DNA from: Cryomorphaceae bacterium BACL11 MAG-121001-bin54
Lineage (GTDB): Bacteria > Bacteroidota > Bacteroidia > Flavobacteriales > BACL11
Length of the DNA stretch: 64,000 nt
Direction of reading: 5' to 3'
NCBI GenBank assembly: GCA_905182255.1
Contig: CAJJAH010000003.1
Location: forward strand, 28,101-92,100
This document shows, in pieces, positions 40,586-51,134 of this stretch (position 1 is the stretch's first letter; every line of letters begins with the position of its first letter). Both the position numbers and the translations under genes were made by a program. The notes beneath the pieces were generated by a model. That model searched no databases. It saw only the letters and a list, made by a program, of their open reading frames with translations, and was not told where the DNA came from.

Positions 40586-42274
40586 TTAGAAAGAATAATT
40601 AAGACCAAAAACACTATTAAAACCGACTTCACGATAACCATTCCACACATCCTGTTTAGAATTAGTGAGATTGTTTAAATGAAAATAAGCCGAAATATTT
40701 TTCTTGTAATTATAATACACTACTATATTCATATGAATTTGTGAAGGAAGATTCTGATAAATCTTATTAGAGAGAGGAGTAGATTCTAAATCAAAAGAAT
40801 TAATTGATTTTCTTTTACCAATATAATTTAGAGATGGAGCGACTTTAATTTTATCTCTCAAATTAAAAGATGATCTAACATTACAAGTTAAATTAGGTTT
40901 ATGAGAAACCTCCATATCCCAATTATAATAATCTGAATTTATTATTAAGTCAATAATTTTATTAATTTTTCTAAAATAATTTATATTTAAGTGCAATTGT
41001 TTAACATCTGTATATTCAACTACAAAACGATTATAGCTCAAGTTATTGTAATCAAAAAAATGAGCGAAATTCTGAATTAATCCAAAAGCTATACTCCCCT
41101 CAAAAACCTCATCTTCCGACAACATATTTCTCATAGAGAAATACAATTCATCTTTATCAGTTATTTTTAAATTTTGTAAAACAAGATTTCCAGACAAAAT
41201 AGTCTGATTAGTTCCATATGAATGAATATAAGGATTCTCATCAGAAAGCGATTTAAACGTATGCCTTTGAGCGCCATGACGCAAGCCCCCGTACAACAAC
41301 AAAACATCTTTCACTAACTCCTTAACCACTTTAATTTGCGGAAAAAAAACAAATGAGGAGCCATCTGAAAAATACTGAAATTTAAAACCTAAATCAAAAT
41401 CAAATCCATAACCTGTAATTGAAACAGATGGATAAAAACGAAATAACTTCACATTTGTACTTTTAAATTTTGAGTCAGGATTATTATAATTTAAATAATC
41501 GTCTAACTCAATATTTAATGAAAAAGGCAAGCCATTAATCGCTTTTCTTAAATTTGCACTTAATTTTATCTGATTTTCAGAAAGCTCATTTAAATCAGAA
41601 ACAAAAAAAGTAGTGTTGTATTTTAATTTATCAGCCGCCAATTCTTTTGATACTACAGAAAAAGAAAGTTTAGTATAAGCAAAACGATTCCTATAATTTT
41701 TCTCATAATCTTCCTTGGTTAAATTATTTAATATTTGTGTTAAATCACCTTCTCTATTATACAAAGTTGTTCTTCTATCATATTCTAAATTTACTGTAAA
41801 AACATGTATGGGACTGATTTTTTTTCCATATAAATGCATGTTATTTCCATTGCTTTTGTATTTGGTATTAGAAACATCATACTTATTCGCAAAATGATTC
41901 AGCAATATACCACAACTTAGCGTTTTGGAGCGCTTACTACTATGCAAAACACTTGCTTTTGTTGTCCAAGCATTTCCAAAGCCTAAACCTACTTTAGAGC
42001 CATATAATTGCTTAATTTTATCTGCCTTAACTTTTGCTGATTTCAAAGGTCTAGTCTTATAATTTGATTTCAAATCGGTTTCTACTACTACATATTCTTG
42101 AGTTCTATCTTTTTTAACTGTATCTGCAAAAGCTGCTTTTTCATTCAAACGAGTTGCTTCAGGAATAGTTGGATTAAATCCTTCTAATACTTTTACATTA
42201 GTAGTACCAATATCTTGTGCTAAAAGCTGACTAGCACCAAATAACATCACTATAAATATTTTATTCAATTTCAT
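40586..42274 (-). CDS. putative outer-membrane beta-barrel (putative porin family)
   Basis: 562 aa with a signal peptide, alternating beta-strand pattern and a C-terminal aromatic residue (...GLNYSF). It overlaps the upstream TPR gene by 14 nt. Confidence 0.6.
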   Translation of the reverse strand: MKLNKIFIVMLFGASQLLAQDIGTTNVKVLEGFNPTIPEATRLNEKAAFADTVKKDRTQEYVVVETDLKSNYKTRPLKSAKVKADKIKQLYGSKVGLGFGNAWTTKASVLHSSKRSKTLSCGILLNHFANKYDVSNTKYKSNGNNMHLYGKKISPIHVFTVNLEYDRRTTLYNREGDLTQILNNLTKEDYEKNYRNRFAYTKLSFSVVSKELAADKLKYNTTFFVSDLNELSENQIKLSANLRKAINGLPFSLNIELDDYLNYNNPDSKFKSTNVKLFRFYPSVSITGYGFDFDLGFKFQYFSDGSSFVFFPQIKVVKELVKDVLLLYGGLRHGAQRHTFKSLSDENPYIHSYGTNQTILSGNLVLQNLKITDKDELYFSMRNMLSEDEVFEGSIAFGLIQNFAHFFDYNNLSYNRFVVEYTDVKQLHLNINYFRKINKIIDLIINSDYYNWDMEVSHKPNLTCNVRSSFNLRDKIKVAPSLNYIGKRKSINSFDLESTPLSNKIYQNLPSQIHMNIVVYYNYKKNISAYFHLNNLTNSKQDVWNGYREVGFNSVFGLNYSF

Positions 42275-45200
42275 CTATCTCACTGTATTCGTTAATTATA
42301 TCTAAGCTATCTGTTTTAGGAACAATTAAACTATTAGGAGCCAACACTTTATAATTTTCATCAATTAAATCTTTAATCAAAAATTCCTCTAAATCATAAT
42401 CAATTTCTTCTTCTGAAAATTCAATATAACTTGGAGCATCTTCTTTAATTACATTACTCAAATTTTCTCTTTCTAATATTAACTCCCAATTCTTTATTGC
42501 CAAATTTACCAGCTCCTCACCATCATGATTTTCAATAATACTTTCCAAAGTTGCCTTTGCCTGAAAGTCATTTTCCTGCAACACATAGATATCAGCCAGT
42601 AAAATAAATGCCTTTGCTATAAAATAATCACTAGTATAATTTTTTGCCAATTCAAATATCATTTTCTCAGCCAAAGCCAAACTATCATCCAAATAAGTTA
42701 AATATGCTAAATAATATTTTGCTTCAGCTCCTTCATCATAATCTGAAAGTCCAACTACTTTTTCGAAAGTAGTTTTTGATTTTGCATAATTTCCAGCAGA
42801 AAACTCATATCTAGCAATAATAATTTTAGCTTTACTAATTAGCCAATCATCAGTTTTATCTAAATTAACAACCTGATGAGCATAGCTGTAAGCCAGATCA
42901 GGGTTTAGCTTTTCATTGCAATGCATAAGACGAATAATAGCCTCTCTTTTTAAAGAATTATTAGTAGCAACTTTTTCTAAAGTTTGGTAATAAATATTTG
43001 AATTATCATAATCATCCTCAGCATAATATTTTCTTGCTAAAAAGGTTAAAGCAGATTGCTGATACTCAGCATTAGAAACCCCAATCAATTTAGCATACAT
43101 AAGCACTGCATTAATTGTATCGCTAACTTTTACACAAGAGATAGCATTATAATAGATAGCATCTATTTTAAATATTCCATTTTCAAATTTTTCTAAATAC
43201 TGATTGAATGTAGTATTTGCTAACGTATAATCTCCTTCAGAAAACTTCATAAAGGCCGTATTATAAATCAAGGAATCTTGCTCTGCTCTGGAAATACTTA
43301 TCTCAGGCAAACTATTTACTATATCTAAATACTCATCCACCTTTGCTAAACTTACATAAGCTGCCTGCAATCCGGACAAAGCTTCTTTAAAATAAATAGT
43401 TTGCTGAAAATTATTCACCACAAATAAAAAGGAAACGATTGCCCGATCAACTTTACCACTGTTAAAATAAATCATTCCTTTACTCAAATGAGCATCAGCA
43501 ATAAATTGGTCATCTTTAGTTTCAGTTAGTAATTTTTCATAATAAGAAATCGCCAAATCATTTTTGGAAGTGTTTTTATAATAGCGCGCCAAATCATTGA
43601 GGGCATTATCATAATAAATAGAGTTTATAAAATCACTGGTTAACTGTTTCAATAATTTTACTTTAGAATTATTTTTACCTAACAAACCTAAAGCTACCGA
43701 TCGCTTGTAGATAGCATAATCCCCATCAAATAAAGAAAAAGCAATTGCCTTGTCATAATATTTTTCAGAACGGGAATATTCTTGACTCATAAAAAAGCAA
43801 TCTGCAATACGTAAATAAGTGTCATTCAAATGCATACTGTCAGCTACCAACTTCTCATATTTTCTAAAGTAAGTATTTGCACGCTTATAATCTCCTAGCT
43901 TAAAATAAGCATATGCCAAATGATATTGTTTTAGTTCATGATAAAACTCAAAATTTGTAGTATTATTTACAGAAAGGTTACCATAAAGTTCAGCTGACCT
44001 TGCAAAATCATTTAACTGATAATAACAATCTGCCAGCCAAAAAACAGTTAAATAAGCTATATCATCATCTACAGGATACTGAGTAGCTAATTGAAAATAA
44101 GTAAGTGCCTTGCTATAGTTATCTGAATTATATTCCTTAGCTCCTAAGAAGAAAGCAAATTGCTGAAGTGCTTTTTGCTGCTGAAAATCAGGTAGCTGAA
44201 TAGCTGATAAAGCATCAAAAGCTTCATCATATTTACTACTACTTTGGAAAACCTGAACCATCAAGGTTTCAATAACTTTTTTATGAATTACGTTATCGTA
44301 CTTTTCTAAATAAGCCTTAAGCACTAGCAAGGTATTATCAAAAGGTAAATCCAACTGATATGATAGTTTTGCGTAATTATAAAAAGCCTCTTCCTGAATC
44401 ACTTTGTCAAAAGAATATGATGCAGATTTTTTAAAAGCTTGTAAAGCATAATTAAACTGCTGAACCTTTAAGTAAGAAGCTCCCAAAGAATAAGTAGCAA
44501 ACTGACTGATACTGTCAGTAAAACCACTTACTTTCTCTAAATAATTAATAGCATTTTCGAACTCACCTACATTAAAATAAGATTGTCCTAACAAAAAATT
44601 AACAGTAGGGGTTAATTGTTCGACTTGTTCATAATAAGAAGTAAAGTGAATAATGGCATTTTCAAAATCCTCTGTACGATAATAGGCCTCGGCCAATAAA
44701 CGATTTACTTCTGCTTTTCTAGAAGGAATAATATTTTCTAAAAGTGGAGATGCAAACGCAATTAACTTCTTATAACTTTGCTGAAAAAAATAAATTTGAG
44801 TTATGTAATAAGGAATAATGGACCCAAACTGCTCATCAGCAATTAAATTCTTAAAACCATTCAAAGCTGTTATATACAAACCATTTTGGTAAGCGATGTA
44901 AGCAGAGTAATACTGAGCAGCTGATGCGTATTTACTTTTTACGTTAATTAATTTTGAGAAATAATATTGAGCATCAACTAAAGAATCAATACTGAAATTA
45001 GCGTATGCTAATTTAAAAATTAATTCAGGGTGCTGATCTAAATTTTTGAATTGCAGAAAATAGTTAATTGACTTATAATACTCTAAATCTCTATAATACA
45101 ACAAAGCCAAATCCTTATTTACTTGTTGAAGGAATGTTGAGTAAGGAAATGATGCAATAAATTGTTCGTACAAAAAAACAGCATCAGATGCAAATAGCTC

Positions 45201-45398
45201 CTTTGAGCATTTTGCATTGTAATAATTAGCCTGTTCATTTGTTTTACCGTCAATAATTATCTGTTGAAAAAAAGCTTGAGCTGCACTGTACTTCTCATCA
45301 GAAAACAAAGCATTTGCCTTTGCAAAATCTGTATGTTGAGCTTCAACCTGAGTACAGAAAAACATAATTAACAAAAGTAATTTTATAATTTTACGCAT
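42261..45398 (-). CDS. large tetratricopeptide-repeat protein (secreted or lipoprotein)
   Basis: About 1045 aa from MRKIIKLLLLIMFFCTQVEAQ (ATG 45398). TPR-like A/Y/L-rich helical repeats run throughout. Confidence 0.75.
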   Translation of the reverse strand: MRKIIKLLLLIMFFCTQVEAQHTDFAKANALFSDEKYSAAQAFFQQIIIDGKTNEQANYYNAKCSKELFASDAVFLYEQFIASFPYSTFLQQVNKDLALLYYRDLEYYKSINYFLQFKNLDQHPELIFKLAYANFSIDSLVDAQYYFSKLINVKSKYASAAQYYSAYIAYQNGLYITALNGFKNLIADEQFGSIIPYYITQIYFFQQSYKKLIAFASPLLENIIPSRKAEVNRLLAEAYYRTEDFENAIIHFTSYYEQVEQLTPTVNFLLGQSYFNVGEFENAINYLEKVSGFTDSISQFATYSLGASYLKVQQFNYALQAFKKSASYSFDKVIQEEAFYNYAKLSYQLDLPFDNTLLVLKAYLEKYDNVIHKKVIETLMVQVFQSSSKYDEAFDALSAIQLPDFQQQKALQQFAFFLGAKEYNSDNYSKALTYFQLATQYPVDDDIAYLTVFWLADCYYQLNDFARSAELYGNLSVNNTTNFEFYHELKQYHLAYAYFKLGDYKRANTYFRKYEKLVADSMHLNDTYLRIADCFFMSQEYSRSEKYYDKAIAFSLFDGDYAIYKRSVALGLLGKNNSKVKLLKQLTSDFINSIYYDNALNDLARYYKNTSKNDLAISYYEKLLTETKDDQFIADAHLSKGMIYFNSGKVDRAIVSFLFVVNNFQQTIYFKEALSGLQAAYVSLAKVDEYLDIVNSLPEISISRAEQDSLIYNTAFMKFSEGDYTLANTTFNQYLEKFENGIFKIDAIYYNAISCVKVSDTINAVLMYAKLIGVSNAEYQQSALTFLARKYYAEDDYDNSNIYYQTLEKVATNNSLKREAIIRLMHCNEKLNPDLAYSYAHQVVNLDKTDDWLISKAKIIIARYEFSAGNYAKSKTTFEKVVGLSDYDEGAEAKYYLAYLTYLDDSLALAEKMIFELAKNYTSDYFIAKAFILLADIYVLQENDFQAKATLESIIENHDGEELVNLAIKNWELILERENLSNVIKEDAPSYIEFSEEEIDYDLEEFLIKDLIDENYKVLAPNSLIVPKTDSLDIINEYSEIDEIE

Positions 45399-45745
45399 AT
45401 GATTTCTTATTAAAATTAAAAGTAAATAAATTCGGCTTGTTGTAAAAAATAGATAGTTGAAGTTTTCAACAGGTTTAACTAACAATTATTGAAGTAATCC
45501 GTTGATTAATGAAGAAATAATTTCTTAATTTGCATGAGTGTTATATCTTTTAAAAATAAAAGGAACGAAAACTATCCCTGACTTTGTACAGATCAGAGAT
45601 GAGAAGATGACTTTATGCGCCTACTTCAGACTAAGCCAACAAGAATCTGGACTGAAAAAGAACAATTTGGAGGCTGATTCAAAAGAGATAATGACTTTAC
45701 TAGAACGCATTCCATATGGTAAAATTCATAAATACTATAAAAAAA

Positions 45746-46429
45746 ATGTATAAACCTATAATTAGTTTGGAAGGTGTAGATATACATCAAATGGAGCAAC
45801 AAATTTTTAGTAATATAACATTGAAAATTGCTTCTGGAGATTTTGTTTATATAGTAGGTGAAACAGGAAGTGGTAAAAGCTCCTTACTCAAAGTGCTGTA
45901 TGGAGAACTAAAAGTAAGTGCCGGTGACATTAGCCTTGCAGACATTGATCTTAATAAAATCAAATCTAAAGAAATTCCATATTTAAGAAGAAAGTTAGGT
46001 GTTGTTTTTCAAGATTTTCAACTACTATCAGACAGAACAGTATTTGAAAATTTATCCTTTGTATTACACGCTACAGGATGGAAAGATAAAGTGAAAATAT
46101 CTGAACGGATAAATGAAGTATTAGAAAGTGTACACATAAGTAATGTGAAGGATAAAATGCCTTACTCTTTATCAGGAGGAGAGCAACAAAGAACAGCTAT
46201 TGCTCGCGCACTTTTAAATGATCCTGAAATTATTTTAGCAGACGAACCAACAGGAAATTTAGACCCCGAAAAATCAGAAAAAATAATTGAGTTATTTAAA
46301 GAAATAAATTCAAAAGGAACAACCGTTTTGATTGCTACTCACGATTATTCAATAATAAAAAAGCACAAAGCACGTACTCTAAAGTGTACTTGTAAAAAAA
46401 TAAGTGAAATTGAAATAGTAAATGAGTAA
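45746..46429 (+). CDS. ftsE: cell division ATP-binding protein FtsE
   Basis: Walker A GETGSGKSS, ABC signature LSGGEQQR, Walker B ILADEPTGNLD. I prefer the start at MYKPII (45746). Confidence 0.9.
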   Translation: MYKPIISLEGVDIHQMEQQIFSNITLKIASGDFVYIVGETGSGKSSLLKVLYGELKVSAGDISLADIDLNKIKSKEIPYLRRKLGVVFQDFQLLSDRTVFENLSFVLHATGWKDKVKISERINEVLESVHISNVKDKMPYSLSGGEQQRTAIARALLNDPEIILADEPTGNLDPEKSEKIIELFKEINSKGTTVLIATHDYSIIKKHKARTLKCTCKKISEIEIVNE

Positions 46430-47438
46430 TATCCTAAATAATTACTGCCTAAAGAACCACAATACTTTTGGTATAAATGTTAAAGCAAAATATTTTTCAA
46501 CCTTTAACTCTATGCTTGAGCTTAAAGATATTCTTAAAATTAATTTACACAAAAAAGAAAAGTTCTTTATTCTTGGAAGTGGCTCTAACATACTTTTAAC
46601 AAAAGATTTTGACGGATTTATTCTTCACAATAAAATTGAGGGAATATGCATTATAGAAGATAATGAAAATGATATAATAGTTGAAGTTGGCAGTGGAGTA
46701 GTATGGCATGATTTTGTAATGTGGAGCGTTAATCAAGAACTATCAGGAATAGAAAATTTAGCACTTATACCTGGGACTGTTGGAGCTAGCCCAGTTCAAA
46801 ATATTGGCGCCTATGGTATGGAGGCCAAAGACAGTATAACTAAAGTACATACTTTAGAAATTAAAAATAAAGAAGTTAAAATTTTTAGTAATAAAGAATG
46901 TGAATTTTCCTATAGAAACTCTATTTTCAAAAAGGAAGAAGAAAAAAAATTTATTATTACTAAAGTTGAATTTAAACTAAGCAAAGAGCATTTTAACAGA
47001 ACTGAATATGGCGCAATAGAAGAGGAATTAAAAAAATTAAAGCTAAAAGCAAAACCTGCAAGTATTGCCAAAGCGGTAATCAAAATTAGAAACAGAAAAC
47101 TGCCAGACCCTAAAGTTTTAGGCAATAGTGGTAGTTTTTTTAAAAATCCTGTTATTAAAACTAGTGAATTTAATGTATTAAAAAAAGAATTTCCTGAAAT
47201 GATAGGTTATACAATTTCAAATTCTCAAACTAAAGTAGCTGCTGGCTGGCTAATTGATAATGCAGGACTAAAAGGCTACAGAAAAGCAGATGCTGGGGTA
47301 CATAGAAATCAAGCATTAGTTTTGGTTAATTACGGAAATGCAAGCGGAACTGAAATCATAAATCTAGCAAAAAAAATTCAACAAAAAATTAAAGCACAAT
47401 ACGGGATTATCATAGAGCCCGAAGTAAGCATCTTATAA
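46422..47438 (+). CDS. murB: UDP-N-acetylenolpyruvoylglucosamine reductase
   Basis: 338 aa with an FAD-binding domain (ILGSGSNIL) and C-terminal GSFFKNP. Confidence 0.9.
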   Translation: MSNILNNYCLKNHNTFGINVKAKYFSTFNSMLELKDILKINLHKKEKFFILGSGSNILLTKDFDGFILHNKIEGICIIEDNENDIIVEVGSGVVWHDFVMWSVNQELSGIENLALIPGTVGASPVQNIGAYGMEAKDSITKVHTLEIKNKEVKIFSNKECEFSYRNSIFKKEEEKKFIITKVEFKLSKEHFNRTEYGAIEEELKKLKLKAKPASIAKAVIKIRNRKLPDPKVLGNSGSFFKNPVIKTSEFNVLKKEFPEMIGYTISNSQTKVAAGWLIDNAGLKGYRKADAGVHRNQALVLVNYGNASGTEIINLAKKIQQKIKAQYGIIIEPEVSIL

Positions 47439-48844
47439 TGAAAAGTAAGAAGCTACAAGATAAATTAAGAATATACTTCCCTTTCACCCCAACTTCAGAG
47501 CAAGATTTGCTTATTTCAGATATCGCTGATTTTGCAGCTACAATTGGCAATAGAAGTATCTTTATGTTAAAAGGCTATGCAGGAACTGGAAAAACTACTT
47601 TGGTTGCTACTTTGGTGAAATCATTACCTGTTTTAGGTAAGCGCTCAGTACTCATGGCTCCAACTGGAAGAGCAGCTAAAGTTTTAGGGAAATATTCAAA
47701 AAAATCAGCAAGTACAATACACAAAAAGATTTACTGGATAAGAACTAACAAAAGTGGAAATACTTTCATTACACTTAAAGAAAATACTCACAGTAACACT
47801 ATTTTCATAGTAGATGAAGCCTCAATGATTCCAGAAAATTCGGATAAAGGATTTGGTAATCGTTCACTTTTAGATGATTTGATTGAATATGTATATCAAG
47901 GTTTAGATTGTAAACTTATTTTGATTGGAGATACAGCACAACTCCCTCCTGTTCATCTGGATATAAGTCCTGCATTAGAAGAAGCTAAGTTAGAACTTAA
48001 TTACAATAAACAAGTTATCTGCAAGGAATTAACACAAGTAGTAAGGCAAAAGAAAGATTCACTAATCCTAGAAAATGCCACAGACATTAGAAATAGAATT
48101 GCAATCTCTGACTTTTCCTATCCTAAATTAGCGACCAATTCAGAAATTATTCGCCTAAATACAGGTGAGGATTTACAAGATGCACTAGAAACAGCTTACA
48201 GCGAAGAAGGAGTTAATAATACTACCGTACTTTGCCGATCTAACAAAAGAGCAAATCTTTATAACCAGCAGATAAGAGCAAAAATAAGGTGGCAGGAAAA
48301 TGAAATTTCTGCAGGAGATATGTTGATGGTTGTACGAAATAATTATTATTGGCTAGATGATAGTAACAAAGCAGGTTTCATTGCAAATGGCGATATTTTA
48401 GAAGTAGTAAAAATAAAAGAAACTATTGAGCGCTATGGGTTTCGCTTTGCAAAAGCCAGCGTGAAAATGGCAGATTATCCAGATGAGAAAGAACTAGAAG
48501 TAATATTACTATTAGAAACATTAACTAGCGAAAGTCCTGCCATAACTTATGAGCAATACCAAAAACTATACAAAGAAGTCGGTTTGGACTATAAAGGACA
48601 AAAGGAGATAAACAAAAAAATTAAGGAAGATGAATTCTTCAATGCTTTACAAATAAAATTCGCTTATGCCATTACTTGTCACAAATCACAGGGAGGACAA
48701 TGGGATAATGTATTTGTAGACTTAGGTTACTTTACTGAAGACATGTTAGATAAATCGTACTTAAGGTGGCTATACACAGCTCTAACACGAGCAAGTAAAA
48801 AATTATATTTGATTAATTTTAAAAAGGAATTTTTTAAAGACTAA
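47438..48844 (+). CDS. RecD/Pif1-like superfamily 1 DNA helicase
   Basis: 468 aa with Walker A GYAGTGKTT, DEASM, GDTAQLPPV and C-terminal AITCHKSQGGQWD. Confidence 0.8.
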   Translation: MKSKKLQDKLRIYFPFTPTSEQDLLISDIADFAATIGNRSIFMLKGYAGTGKTTLVATLVKSLPVLGKRSVLMAPTGRAAKVLGKYSKKSASTIHKKIYWIRTNKSGNTFITLKENTHSNTIFIVDEASMIPENSDKGFGNRSLLDDLIEYVYQGLDCKLILIGDTAQLPPVHLDISPALEEAKLELNYNKQVICKELTQVVRQKKDSLILENATDIRNRIAISDFSYPKLATNSEIIRLNTGEDLQDALETAYSEEGVNNTTVLCRSNKRANLYNQQIRAKIRWQENEISAGDMLMVVRNNYYWLDDSNKAGFIANGDILEVVKIKETIERYGFRFAKASVKMADYPDEKELEVILLLETLTSESPAITYEQYQKLYKEVGLDYKGQKEINKKIKEDEFFNALQIKFAYAITCHKSQGGQWDNVFVDLGYFTEDMLDKSYLRWLYTALTRASKKLYLINFKKEFFKD

Positions 48845-48860
48845 TTTTCGCAATACTTAG

Positions 48861-51104
<2,244 letters not shown>

Positions 51105-51122
51105 CTAAAGATTTAAAGTTCG

Positions 51123-51130
51123 CAAACTTA
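51123..51130 (-). promoter_or_regulatory. candidate -7 box (TAagTTTG on minus strand) upstream of icd
   Basis: CAAACTTA on the plus strand, about 34 nt upstream of the icd ATG. Confidence 0.3.
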
Positions 51131-51134
51131 AAAA

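Noticed and set aside
45560-45715. Possible known structured RNA (SRP/4.5S RNA, 6S RNA, tRNA, riboswitch) in the ftsE upstream spacer
   Set aside because: I found no SRP domain IV motif (GGAAGCAGC-like) and no tRNA T-loop. I could not build a long end-to-end hairpin or any stem longer than about 5-6 bp by eye. The repeats are direct, not inverted. The region is kept only as an unexplained region in the findings.
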